Below, piece by piece: positions 12,880-26,362 of a stretch of 64,000 bases of DNA. Position numbers and translations under genes: made by a program. The stretch's first letter is position 1. Every line of letters starts with the position of its first letter. The notes under the pieces are model-generated. The model was not told the origin of the DNA and made no database searches. It saw only the letters and a program-made list of their open reading frames with translations. The stretch covers positions 261,061-325,060 of the forward strand of contig MU058423.1 of assembly GCA_013265495.1 (NCBI GenBank). Direction: 5' to 3'. This stretch comes from Vicugna vicugna (taxonomy: Eukaryota).

Positions 12880-13450
12880 TCCATCAAATTAAATGACCTT
12901 GCTAGAAATAGAAGAAATACAAATGCAAGTAAGATAGTTTTCATGTATTCAATTAGCAAAAATTGATACTACTCAGTGTTGGTAAGGAAGTAAGGGGACG
13001 TAGTCACTCCCCTACACTACCTGAAAAAATGTAAATTAATACAGTCTTACTGAGAGAAGCTTAGGAGTGTATATCCAAAATCTTTTTAAAAATGCATACA
13101 TTTTAACCAACTTCCGCTTCTAAAAATGAAATATTTGGTCAGGTATGCAGAGATAGATATTGAAAGATGGGTATCACAATATTTCTGTATTGGCAAAAAA
13201 TTGGGTAATTTAATTACCCATCAAAAAGGAATTGGTTAAATAAATTACTGTATATACTTAATATGCTAGAATACCAAATAACTATTTGAACTGTTGATAA
13301 AGATTCAGTGTCAAAATTTGACCTCTATCATGTAATTTATAGAAGACAGCCTCATCATCAAAAATGGCAAGTCAAGTATTATATTTTATTTTTATGTAAT
13401 ATTTTAATGTTTAAGCAAAATGCTGTTCTTTACCTGGTTATTATCAGGTG
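12880..13450 (+). mobile_element. Ancient L1ME-like 3' fragment
   Basis: gaaatacaaatgcaag...cagtgttggtaagga...ggaattggttaaataaatta motifs. Confidence 0.6.
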
Positions 13451-14381
13451 GGTACTGACTTGCATCAGTTTGTCAACTTCAGGGCATTAGCTGTCAGCTA
13501 GCTGGTGACATGTTTGATATGAGAAACGTATTTTTGTTACACAAGTAGAATACATTGTCTCCTTTTCTAAGCCAAGACTAATATTTTGTTTCCAAAGGAA
13601 AACTCAAACATTTTCCACATTATTCTTTCTGGACAGTTGTAGGTTTTGTTCCAAAAGCAACATTCATAGATTTTCTATTTTTCTTATCAAACTTGAAATA
13701 GGCCGGATAATTTCATGGATCTATTTTGTTTACTTGTTTGTTTAATTTTTAAGAATCTTTGCTTAGTGTGAATTTTTCATTTTGGTACAGTAAATGATAA
13801 CAAAACTAATATTTGTTATTTCTGAGAGATCCCAATTTAGGCTTTTCTTAAATTTTAGTAGAGACTGACATTTCCCATAAATGTACTATATACTAAATTA
13901 ATTCCCCCTCTCTTTAATACAAAATGCAAATTCAAGCACTCTTCATGGATTGAACCATTGATTAGACAAATACTTTGTTTTTAAGTGTTTTGTACATTTT
14001 TAAGAGTTTCATAGAATCTTTTCAAGAGGATAAGAGAACTAGAATATTTTCTAGATTGTAACCTGATGTCAAACTCAGTTTTAATATGTATTTAGGTATA
14101 TAAATGTTCATGTTTAATAATGATGTAATGAACTTGATTAAGTACCATCTGTGTTGTTCTTCATAATCAGAGAAAGAGTATTTTCATTATATGTGAAGCT
14201 TCCACATTTAATGTAAATTTCTCAGAAGGTTAAGGTATTAGCTAGCACCCCAATTTCTTCTTTCTTATGTTTAGGACATTTTACTAAGATCTTTGTTTAT
14301 TCTTCTAACTCATTCATATGTTTTGCATAAAATTATTTATGTTTACCATCTCATCTCCTTTTTGAAATATTTTTCCTACAG

Positions 14382-14460
14382 TTATGCAGAAGGCATGGAG
14401 GGAAAGAAATCCTCCAGCTCGAATCAAAGCAGCCTATCAAGCTTTAGAATTAAACAATGA
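14382..14460 (+). CDS. ST7L: ST7L coding exon (probable exon 6), (V)MQKAWRERNPPARIKAAYQALELNN(D)
   Basis: cctacag| acceptor, |gtaagt donor; 79 nt; phase consistent. Confidence 0.95.
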
Positions 14461-15089
14461 GTAAGTTTCAAATACATGGAAAATAAGTTTGTCTTAAAGG
14501 AAACCCAGGCAAATGATTTTGTTTTCTTTTGTCTGTTCCTAAGACACTTGGAGTCATAAACAGTCCCCTTTCTCTTTTTGCATACTGGAGACAAAATTTG
14601 CAGTGTTCACTGACATCTGTATTTTGCTTCTGAAATTGTAAACTTACATATGCTTTTGAATAGGAATCATGCTAGAAATACTTTTTTAAATGGAGAATGC
14701 TGATCTAACTGATGATAATACTTGATAGTTAAAGAGTATTAAAATACTTATGCCACCTGTTTTAATTTTGTTTTTCATTTAAGTCATTTCTCAGTCCTGA
14801 GAACTGTAGTTAGTGGCATTGGAGGCATGAGAAGGGGATTCAAAATAGGTAAAACATAGCTCTAGCTTAATTTTTTTAATGTTAGCAGTATTTATTTTTT
14901 ATAACTCCTTGTATCAACTTTATATTTTAAAAAGACAATGTAAAATCATAAGTCAACTTCATATTTAAATGGGACAGATCAATAAGTACTAATCTAATAT
15001 TAAATAAATGCCAAGAGTAAAAATATGGCCCAGTTGGAATTAATCAAGAAACGCCTCCTAAATAATATGAACTTAGCATAGTCCCCGTG

Positions 15090-18000
15090 TACCCCTCCCT
15101 TCTACCCTATCGCAGATACATTAATCCTTATTAGGAAGACCTTCCCAAGGTGGAACAAAAGTGGCAGTGTAGAGAACGCCAAAAGCAGTGAATCAATTTT
15201 ATTGAAATTCTGGAAGCTAATCAAAAGTTTATTGCAACCTGGAGAGTGTTTAATCAATTAAAAAACAGTTAAATTTCTGTAAGAGTGCTTTATGGTGTTT
15301 TAACTTACACTGCTCCCATCCTCCACTCCCTAGCTCCGTGGCACCTTGAAGATAACAGTCTGCATACTGGTATAAGTTCCTGCTATCAGAGGAAGCAGAA
15401 TAGACTTCATTCTCAAAGAATTGTGGTGGTTTATTTTGACCTGTCTGGTGGCTCCCTGAAGGATCAGCTCATGGGGCTTGTCTTTATTTTGGTTAATTTG
15501 AAACTCTCCCAGCACTGACACAACTATACTGGGGAGAATTTGTTGAAAACATTTAAGGGCAATGTATTAGCCCCTGCTGCCAGGGGCAAGGGGTAACAGC
15601 TAGGGCAAATAATAGACAAACTAGAAAGCTTGGGAGGAGAGGTTAGGGTATGAGATACTTTGGGAAATAATGGCTTTTAAAAGTTCCCACATATTCCTGG
15701 GAATTTCAAAGGCCCCACACATGCCCAAGATTGGGCATATGCTCAGAAAAGACTTAAGAAGATCCTAAGCTTTCATGTCTGTCTGACTTTCAGGTTCTGC
15801 ACAAACAGAAAGTGAAGGCTAGGGCAGACTTGTAAACTGCCTAACTGAATGTTGAAGGTATGCCCCAATACACACACAGAACCCATCTGCAAAGACTTTT
15901 CTTTTTTTGTTGTTCTTGGTTTCAGGTGTTTAAGGCAATCTGTCAAACCACTGACTGACCATAAAGTTAAAGGAGCAGAGACTTCACTGATCACTTGTGA
16001 CAGAGAATACAAACTTTATAAAATCAGTTCAGAAAAATCAAACAGCTATAGCAAGCAGCAACAGCGAATCCTTGGGAGGAGGGGAAATCTGACTTCTAGA
16101 GTTGCTAAATTATATTTTAAATTTCCAGTTTTCAATAAAAAATTAGAAGATATACAAAGAAACAAAATATGCCCCATACACAGAAAAGAAAAGAAATGAA
16201 TAGAAACTATCTTTGAGGAAGTCCAGACTTTGGACTTTCTAGATAAAAACTTTAAATCACCTGTTTTAAATGTGCTCAAGGAAGTAAAAGAAGTTATATA
16301 CTAAGAACTAAAGGAAACCATGAGAATGACATTTCATCATTGGAGAATATCAATAAAGAAGTAGAAATAATAAAAACTAAATAGAAATTCTAGAATTGAA
16401 AAGTATAACTGTAATGTAAAATTTCCTTTAGGGGATTTAGCAGCAGATCTGAGCAGACAGAAAAAAGAATTGACAAACTTGATTTAGGTCAAAAATAAAA
16501 GAATGGAGGAAAGTGAACAGAACCTAAAAAACCTGTAGGACACTGTTAAGCATACCAACCTATGTATAATGGAGTCCCAGAAAGAGGAGAGTAAGAGAGG
16601 GGCAAAAAGATTATTTAAAGAAATAATGGCTGAAAAGGTTCCAAATTTGGTGAAAGATATGAATCTATACTTTCAAGAAGTTAAATGACCCCCAAGTATG
16701 ATATATGCAAAAGACATCCATAATGACACACATTATAATCAAGCTTTCAAAAGCCAAAGATATGGAGACATGTCTGAAAGCAGCAAGAGAGAAGTGACTC
16801 TTCACAAATAAGTGATCCTTAAAAAGATTACTAACTGATTTCTCACCAGAAACCATAGAAGCCAGAAGGCAGTGGGATGATATAATCAAAGTTCAGAAAG
16901 AGAGAAAACTGGCAACTAAGGATTCTATGCCAAGCAAACTTATCCTTCAAAAAAATGAAGGAGAAATTAAGGCATTCCTAAATAAACAAAAACAGAGTTC
17001 ATTGTTGGTAGACCCGTCTGACAAGAAATCCTATAAGGAGTCCTTCAGGCTGAAATAAAAGGATAGTAGACAGTTTTGACTCCACACAAAGCAATAGAGA
17101 ACACCAATAAAGGTAACTACATCAGCAAATTAAAAAGTCAATATTAATGTATTTCTGTTTGCAATTCTTGATTTTATCTTTATGATTTAAAAGACAACTA
17201 TGTTGAACAATAATTATAAATCTATGTTGATAAATATACAGTTTTTAAAGATGTAATTTGTGACCATAACAACATAAGGGGTGGGGAGAAGAGCTATGTA
17301 GGAGCAAAGATTTGTACTATTGAAACTAAATTAGTATTAATTTGTACTAGATTGTTATAAATTCAGATGTTAAATATAATTGTTAACTGTTAGTCATTAA
17401 GAAATAACAAAAAAAATGGTAAAAAAAAAATAAGGGAAACAAAATGGTGTATTAGAAAATGTCTAACACAAAAGAATGCAATAGTGCAGGAAATGAAAAC
17501 AAAAAGATAGAACATAGTAGAAAACAAATAGGAAAATGGCAGAAACAAGTTCTTCCTTATCACTAATTACTTAAAGGTAAGTAGATCGAACCCTCCAATT
17601 AAAAAGCATTGATTGGCAGAATGGATTAAACAAAACATAGTAAAATACATGCTGTCTATAAGGGACTCTTTAGAGACAAAGTCACAAAGAAGTAGAAAGT
17701 AAAAGTATGGAAAAAATATTCCATGCAAATTGTAACCAAAGAGAGATGGAGTGGCTTAACCAATATCAGACAAAATAGACTGCAAGGCAAAATTTTTATA
17801 AAACAGAGAATGACACTGTATAATGATAAAATAGATTCAATTCATCAAAGAGATGAAACAGTTACAAACATATATGCATCTAATAACAGCCCCAAAGTGT
17901 ATGAAACAAAAATTGACAGAATTGAAGGGAGAAATAAACAGTTCAACAATAGTCATTGGAGAGATCAACACCCTATTTTCAATAATGGATAGAATAACTA

Positions 18001-21000
18001 GACAAAAGATACACAAGGAAATAGAGGACTTGAACAACACTGTAAACCAACTGGACCTAACAGACATCTATATAATACTCTACCAAAAATAGAAGAATAT
18101 ACTTTCTTCTCAAGTATACATGGAACATTCTCCAGGATATACCATAGTAAAGACATAAACAATTCTCAGTAAACTTTAAAATGCTGAAATAGCATAAACT
18201 ATCAACTCCAACCACAGTGGAATGAAATTAGAAGTCAATAACAGAAGGAAATCTAGAAATTTCACTATGTTAGAATATGTGGAAATGAAACAACAAACTC
18301 TTAAACAACAAATGAGTCAAAGAAGAAATCACAAGATAAATTAGAAGATACTTTGGAATGAGTGAAGATGAAAACAAACCAAAAGTAGTGCTCAGAGGAA
18401 AATTTATAGCTGTAAATACCTACATTAATAAAGAAAGATCTCAAATCAAGAACTTAACTTTATACCTTAAGAAGCTAGAAAATGAAGAGCCAAATAAACT
18501 AAGCAGAAGGAGGGAAGTAATAAAGATTAGAGTGATATAAACAAGATAGAGTATAGAAAAACAATAGAATAGTTGAAACTAAAGATTTTTTTTTAAAAAA
18601 GGTCAACAGACTTGAGAAACTTTAAGCTAGATTGACCAATTTAAAAAGAGAGAAAACTCAGCTTACTGAAATCAAGAATGAAACTGGAGACATTACTACT
18701 TACCTTAAAGAAAGTAAAAAGATTATAAGAGAATACTATGAACAATTGTATGCCAGCAAATTGGATAAGTTAGATGAAATGGACAAATTCCTAGAAACAC
18801 ACAAACCACCAAAACTGACCCTAGAAAAAATAGAATACCTGAATAGACCTATAACAAGTGAAGGGATTGCATCAGTAATTTTTAAGCTTCCAAAGAAAGC
18901 CTAGGACTAGATTGCTTCACTGGTGAATTCTACCAAACACTTAAAGAAGAATTAACACCAGTCCTTCTCAAACTCTTCAAAGAAATAGAAGAGGAAGTAA
19001 TTCTTCCTAACTTATTCTATGAGGTCAGTATTACCATCATACCAAAACCAAACAAAAACACAAGAAACAAAAACTTCAGACTAATATTCACAATAAATAT
19101 AGGTGCAGAAATTCTAAAAAGTATGCTAGCACACCAAATGCAGCAGCAGATTAAAAGGATTATACACCATGACCAAGTGGCACTATCCCAGGAAGGCAAG
19201 GGTGGTTTAACATGTGAAAATCAGTCAGTGTAAGACACTAGATTGATAGAACAAAGGGCAAGAACTACATGATCATCTCTATTGATGTAGAAAAGTATTT
19301 GACAAAATCCAACAACATTTTATTATAAAAATAAGGAATATAAGGAAAATTCCTCAAACTGGTAAGAGTCATCTGTGAAAAACCTACAGCTAAGATGAAG
19401 GATAAGGCAAGGATGTCTATTCTTGCCACTTCTGTTTAATATAGTACTAGAGGTGCTAGCCGATGCAGTTAGATAAGAAGAGAGGGGAAATGGCTTTCAG
19501 ATTGGAAAGGGAGAAGTAAAACTATATTCATAGATGACATGACCTTATATGTAGAAAACTTTAAAGAATTCACAAACAAAAACTATTAGAACTAATGAAA
19601 GGGCTCAACAAAGTTGCAAGAAACAAGATCAACATAAAATCAGTTGTATTTTTATACAGTAGCAATGAACAATTTGAAAAGGAAATTAAGAAAGTAATTC
19701 TATTTACAATAGCATCAGAGTATTAAAACACTTAAGAATAAATTAACCAAGGAGGTGAAAGACTTGTAAACTGAAAATAACAAAATATTGAAAGAAGTTA
19801 AAGAAGACCCAAATAAATGGAAAGACATCACATGTTAATGGATTGGAAGACTTTTTATTGTTAAGATGTCAGTACCTCTCAAGTTGATCTACAAATTCAG
19901 TACAATCTCTATCAAAATTTCAATTGCCAATTTTGCAGAAATGGACAAACTGATTCTAAAATTCGTATGAAATTACAAGAGACTTCAAGTAGCCAAAATA
20001 ACCTTGAAAAAGGCAAAATTGGAGGACTCACTTCCTGACTGCAAAACTTACTGTGAAGCTATAGTAATTCAGTCATAAAGATAGCTATCTAGATTAATGG
20101 AGTCAAATTGAGAGTTCAGAAATAAACCCATACATCTGTGGTCAACTGGTTTTTGACAAGGGTGCCAAGACCACTCAATCGGGGAAAGAATAGTCTTTTC
20201 AACAGATGGTAACAACTGGATAACCACATACAAAAGCATGAAGTTAGATCCTTACCTCACACCATACATAACAATTAAAGAGTAAACAAAGAACTAAATG
20301 TAAGAGCTAAAACTATAAAACCCTTAGAAGAAAACATAGGAGCAAATTTTCATGACTGTGGATTTGGCAATGGTTTCTTAGATATGACACCAAAAGCACA
20401 AGAAGCAAAAGAAAAATTAGATAAATTAGACTTCATCAAAATTAAAAGCTTTCTTGCATCATAAGATACTGTCAGGAAAGTGAAAATGCAGCCTATGGGA
20501 TGAGGAAAAATATTTGCCAGTTGTATGTTTGATAAGGGTCTAGTATCCAGAATATATGAAGAACTCTTACAACTCAGTAACAAAAAGACAATCCAATTAA
20601 AAATGGGCAGAGGACTTGAATGGACATTTCTTCAAGGAAGATATACAAATGACCACTAAGTACATCAAGATGCTCAACATCATTCATCATTAGGGAAATG
20701 ATAAGGAAAAGCACAATGAAATACTCCTTCACAAGATAAGTGTAACAACAACAACAACAACAACGACACAACAAATAGAACAAAAAACAGAAAATAAGAT
20801 GTGTTCATGAAAATGTGGAGAAATTGAAACCCTCATACATTGTAGGTGGGACTGTGAAATGATACAAGTACTGTAGAAAACAGTATGACAGTTCCTAAAA
20901 AGTTAAAATTAAACTTACCATATGACCCAGCAGTTCTACTCCTAGGCATATACTGAAAGCAAGTGTTCAAACAAAAACTTATACAAATGTTTATAGCAGT

Positions 21001-21041
21001 ATTGTAATAGCCCCAAACTGGATGGATAAATAATATGGGTG

Positions 21042-21081
<40 letters not shown>

Positions 21082-21229
21082 GTAGAATGGAATATTATAT
21101 AGTCATGAAAATGAATGAAATATTGCTATGTGCTATATGAATGAACCTTGTAAATATATTAAAAGTCCCTGAATTATACACTTTAAAATGGTTAATTTTG
21201 TTATGTGAATTTTACCTCATTAAAAAAAA
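15090..21229 (+). mobile_element. Near full-length ancient L1 (L1M type): 5'UTR, decayed ORF1, decayed ORF2 (EN/RT) and 3'UTR
   Basis: ORF fragments 17853..18092 (endonuclease-like LKGEINSSTIVIGEINTLFS), 18358..18540 (LRGKFIAVNTYI), 18632..18904 (IIREYYEQLYASKLDKLDEMDKFLE); ends ttacctcattaaaaaaaa; many stops and frameshifts. Confidence 0.9.
21044..21079. repeat. (GT)n microsatellite
   Basis: Direct reading. Confidence 0.95.
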
Positions 21230-22156
21230 GCATTCCCAATAGTAATACTCATTGGGTATTTGTAAAATTAATCTATATAACATCTTTATTTAAAATACTT
21301 TTTTACAAATACAAGAAATCTCTAAGGGAAAAGAATCTCTTTATCATATAGCTATATTGTATTTAAATTATGCTTATATTTTGATTCTACTGCATAAATT
21401 TATGCCAACCTAGATCTTTTAGAAGTGTTGTTATTTAAAAGTAGTTAAATTGAATTTTACATGTCTCAATTCTGATTAGACTCATTTCAGTTGTTCAATA
21501 ACTGCATGTGGCCAATGACTACAGAACTAGATAATACAGGCTTAGGTAATCAGATAATGCTAGGAAAGACTAGAATTCAGACCTAGAGAAGTTTTCCTGC
21601 AGTACTATTGTGGATAAGTCCAATATAGGAAGGGGCAGCATGCAGAGGGAATACTCAGGGTTGGGAGAAAGGTCTTGTCCTGCGATGGTGTGATTCTGAG
21701 TCAGATGCTAAAGGTGCCTAAGTTGGCTATGGGACTTTCTTCTCAATCATCACCCTCTTCCATACCTGCCGCCGTTAGATGCATATTACCAGGTGTATAG
21801 TGACTAAGAGCAGGCATGACTATTATAATGTATAGTCCCTTGAACTTCTTTTCAGATAATTCCTTATATATCTTCTTTTCCCCATCCCTTCCACAATGGA
21901 AAATTACAGGACAAAGGGTAAAAGAAAGGATCTAAAAGTAAAAAAGATACAGAAGAAAGATAGGAAAGGAGAAAAATTGCAGAAACAGACATAAAGAACT
22001 TATAAGTATGCTCTTAATAAATTAAAAGGTTGAATGAAGTTTTCTTTAAGAGACAGAAAATGTATGTAAAGATAGAGAAATGTGATATAGAGCAAAGGGA
22101 CATACCCAAAAGAAAATGCCATTTATTTCAAATTGCCTTCGTTGCTTTCTTTATAG

Positions 22157-22311
22157 CTGTGCCACTGCCTACGTTCTACTGGCTGAGGAAGAAGCAACAA
22201 CTATTGTAGATGCTGAAAGGTTATTTAAACAGGCACTCAAGGCAGGAGAAACAATTTATAGGCGGTCACAGCAGTGCCAGCACCAGAGTCCTCAGCATGA
22301 AGCTCAACTGA
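22157..22311 (+). CDS. ST7L: ST7L coding exon (probable exon 7), CATAYVLLAEEEATTIVDAERLFKQALKAGETIYRRSQQCQHQSPQHEAQL
   Basis: ttatag| acceptor, |gtaagt donor; 155 nt; lies within ORF 22116..22319. Confidence 0.95.
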
Positions 22312-23485
22312 GTAAGTGAGTTTGAACTAATTTTCACCAATCTTTTAGTTTCTGCATCTGCCTCTTCTATGTTGAAAACACAAAACAACAAAAACTTAAA
22401 AATCTTAATATTTAGAGGTTTGCTACTTTTCATAAAAGGTAACTAATCTATTTAAGCCAGCAAGACAGAAATGTGGTTTATCTATAGAATGCTTGTAGAG
22501 AGGAATGGATCTCCTCTGGTTATTGAGAGAGGTGCTGCTGTGAAACTTAACAGTAATTTATTTCATGTAAGACTTGGGTTGATCATTGGAGAAACACAAT
22601 TCAAAAATATTTAAGACTGAAAGATTGAAGAGAGTCTTCTAGTAGTGGTAAGCCGCTGTTACCTTTATCCTCACCCTCACTCCGATCAGTAGTAGAGGTG
22701 TATCATTTGGTTTTCTCTACAGACTGTGTATATCTCCATGTAGTGCCAGGGCAAGGCCCCTTTAGCACAGAAACCAGCCTTATACTTGGTATTGATTCTT
22801 TCTTTAGTTGATTTTTCTCTGTGATGAATTGGAGATCCTACAGGCCATAGCAACTGAGGTCTTATCTTTCCACTCTTAGGGATACTCTCAGTTATGATTG
22901 AAACACTTTTACCAAAGATACTAGAATCTGTAATACTGCTTCTTGCTATTTTGTGTGGTCAGAGGGTTTTAGTTTTGTGATTTTGCCACATAGTGGGCAA
23001 TAAATTGAAATTTGTTTATATAATGCATTATCTGTTAGCAGTTAAGTTCTAAATCTTTTGTTTGTGGAAATTAAAATTTGGATAATTTTTTCTCTCTAAA
23101 CCAAATATTAATTTATATGCTATGTTTCATTAATGCATGTTATTATAACACACAACTGTGGGAATATATAATTTTGCAGTCTAGACTAATGAAACCATGT
23201 TTTTGAAAAAGTCGTGCCATTTGTCCTTGTATACTCTCAAATATAGTAATGAGCTACTTACAGAAATATTTGTTGGTCCTTTCTAGAAGTAGTTTTATAG
23301 TTTGTTAGTTACTAGCTGTTGAGCAAAAATTCACACTAGCCATAGAACTTCTGTTTTGAACATCTTTGTCAGTTAAAATAACAGAGAATATTAAAATAAT
23401 AGATTTTTTACACAGAAACTTAATAGATTAATGCTATTTCTTCCTTTTGGTGTCTCTTTTTTAGTATTAAAATGTACTCGTCGGC

Positions 23486-23523
23486 ACCCGGCTAGCTCAG
23501 TCGGTAGAGCATGAGACTCTTAA
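23486..23523 (+). pseudogene. Tailless retrocopy of the 5' half of tRNA-Lys(CTT)
   Basis: CCCGGCTAGCTCAGTCGGTAGAGCATGAGACTCTTAA matches tRNA-Lys-CTT up to the anticodon loop; flanked by direct repeat aaaatgtactcgtc at 23469-23482 and 23522-23535. Confidence 0.92.
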
Positions 23524-23838
23524 AATGTACTCGTCAAGTATACATAAATTACTTTATATATACTGTACTTAGATTGCTTAATGTTAGAAGCAAAAGTAAT
23601 TCTATATATATACATTTTTTAAGCTTTTAATGTAAAAACTTCATTTTTAAACATAGAGTAGCATAATGAACAGTCATTCAATGTTCATCACCCAAATTCA
23701 ATAGTTTTTAATATTCTTCCATCCTGACACAATTTAATTTTAATTGAACATTCCAGGGCAAGCAAATATATGTTAATGAAATAGCAGATCATAATATGAA
23801 AGTGATAGTTTTGTGTGATCTTTTGTTTTTTCAAATAG

Positions 23839-23936
23839 GGAGAGATACCAACGTACTGGTATATATAAAAAGAAGACTGGCAATGTGTGCAAGAAAATTA
23901 GGAAGAATAAGAGAAGCAGTAAAAATAATGAGAGAC
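23839..23936 (+). CDS. ST7L: ST7L coding exon (probable exon 8), (R)[32 protein letters not shown]
   Basis: aatag| acceptor, |gtaagt donor; 98 nt. Confidence 0.95.
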
Positions 23937-24205
23937 GTAAGTAAATTTGATGACTGGACTTTTGTCTTTATTCCTTCAAAAACTGAAAATGTGTTTTAAG
24001 TTGCCAGTTGTGTTAATGCAGAATCACTGCTTTTTAACTGATAGTTTTTATAACAAGATGCTTATTAATATGTATATAGATTTCTTAGAAGTTGAGTGTC
24101 CACAATTTTGTTAAGAAACAAAAGAATTTCTACTTAAATGAGTCTGATTCATCTCTATTGAGTTCCTTTGCTATAATTTTAATCTTTTTTCCTTTTAATA
24201 TACAG

Positions 24206-24320
24206 TTAATGAAAGAATTTCCTCCTCTTACCATGTTAAACATCCATGAAAATCTCCTAGAATCACTTTTAGAATTACAGGCCTATGCAGATGTTCAAGC
24301 AGTCCTAGCAAAGTATGATG
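24206..24320 (+). CDS. ST7L: ST7L coding exon (probable exon 9), [38 protein letters not shown]
   Basis: tacag| acceptor, |gtgagt donor; 115 nt. Confidence 0.95.
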
Positions 24321-26289
24321 GTGAGTGATACTTCTCTTAGTTGATAGTATGGTTAAAGCTTTTTTTTTTTTTCAATTAAATAATCGTAAATGTGATCCTG
24401 TTCTAGTATTTCTGTGATTTTTCTCTCCATTCTTACCAGTTGGTATTTAGAATCTGGGGGTACTAGTTACTATTAAGTATCTTCTTTACCAGTACTTTTG
24501 GTAGCAACAGCCTGCAAGGAGGAACTTTTCTTCTGTCGAGATTTATTCGTTTGTTTATTGAGCACCTAATATGAGTGAGGCCCTTGGAATACGATGGTGA
24601 ACAAGAAGACATGGACTTAACCCTTTTAGGATTTGCAGTTTAGTGGAACATACAGACAAATGAATAGTAGTTATATTGAACCATAGCATGTTAGGTAAGA
24701 TAATTGGAAAAGTACGGGGTGCTATGCAGCTTATTTGTTTTGGAGTGTCAGGGAAGGCTAACAGATTGCTTAGCAGTACGTAGAAGAGTAATTCAGAATA
24801 ACATTTTACAATGCTGATTGTAATTTAGTATTTCATCTGATCCTTATAACAATCCTGTGAGATGATAGGACAAGTATTTTTATTATCTCCAGTTAGTAAA
24901 TAAGAAAACTGGAGTTGAAGGAGGTTAAGTAATTGGCTAAGGTCTCCTAGCCAGTAGGTGGCAAGCCTGAACTTAAATTTAGGTGTTCCATTTGTTTGTT
25001 TATTCCCGACATTAAGAAGTCATTATATATTGGCTATTTTTATTATTCTACCATAACAGTGCCAGTTTACCACAGATGAAGTTGGGAGAATTCTTAAGAA
25101 GCATAACCTTTCTCCTCATTCTGAGTGAGGCATCCAGCTTCAAAGCTGCAAACATCCTAACTAGCATAATATTATTTCTCGTCATATCTTTCACTATAAC
25201 AGAACACATATAAGTCACTTATTCATACTGTCCTGTTATAAGCTCCTACCCATTAGCTTGGGAATCCCCATAACTTGGAAAGTTTGAAATGTGTTACACT
25301 TGGAAAGAGAAGTTTATTTCTTTTAAACATCTGGAATTCTTAGGAAGTGCTTTAGGATAGTCTAGGCTCATGGAGATATTTGTGAGAAATTCTTTCCATA
25401 TGTTACTTATCAGATGCATGGCCTGCATGTGATACTTATGATGAACAAGCTTAGGGACTGAATATGAAAAATCAGATAGGACCTATTCATTAAAAATAAA
25501 GTAAAACTAGCAACTTAGATATGCTTCTGTGTTTTCAGTTATTTTTATGAGTCCTCGGTTTTTAACCTTTCTAGAATCCTGAAGAAGTGAAAAGGAAATT
25601 TACTTCTTTAGTTCTGCATTTGCTGGTAAATTCTGGAATCTAAAAAGAGAGTTCTCTCGTCTTACTCTCCTGATAACATTATTTTGGGCATTCTTTAAGA
25701 AAGAATTTATGTAATTAATTTAATTATAGTTCCCAATTGATTTCTTTTTATTTTATGAAAGAATCATAATTTAAGAAAATGTAGAAAATTCAAAAACAGG
25801 AAGAATTAAAAATGAAGGTCACCTGTGGTTATATTGCCTAGATTTAACTACTGTTAATTTTTTTTTTTACATCTTAGTTTTTTTCTGTGAATGGGTTGAG
25901 TTTTTACATAGTTCTAACAATACTATGCCTTTTTCCTTGAATAGTATTATTGTAAGCAAATTATTATAAACATTTGTTGAGTACTTTTCACCATTCATTG
26001 TGTGAGGGCTTTCACAGACATAATTTTATTTAATCTCTGCTAGAAAAGTGCCACTTTTTTATTTTGAGAAGAGAAAACTGAGGCTATAGAAGTTGCTACT
26101 AGTTCAAGGATACATAGGTGGTAAATAGTAGAATCAAGATTCAAACTCAGGTCTTCCAATTACATGTCCATGTGCATTTACTATTATGTTATATGTATCT
26201 GTTGAATTTTTACTGTGAATTATTCTTATTAAAAATTGTCTTAAGATATTTTTTGTGATTCTTACCTAAGGTGAAAATTATTATTACAG

Positions 26290-26362
26290 ATATAAGCCTA
26301 CCAAAGTCAGCAGCAATCTGTTATACAGCAGCACTATTGAAAACAAGGACTGTTTCAGATAA
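26290..26362 (+). CDS. ST7L: ST7L coding exon (probable exon 10), (D)ISLPKSAAICYTAALLKTRTVSD(K)
   Basis: tacag| acceptor, |gtaagt donor; 73 nt; phase consistent. Confidence 0.95.

Noticed and set aside
17723..20783. Cluster of ORFs with endonuclease/RT similarity as a possible active element or novel RT system
   Set aside because: These are fragments of ordinary L1 ORF2 broken by many stops, frameshifts and deletions (for example at ~19395).
23486..23523. Functional tRNA-Lys gene
   Set aside because: The 3' half, including the T-arm/B box and the acceptor strand, is absent.
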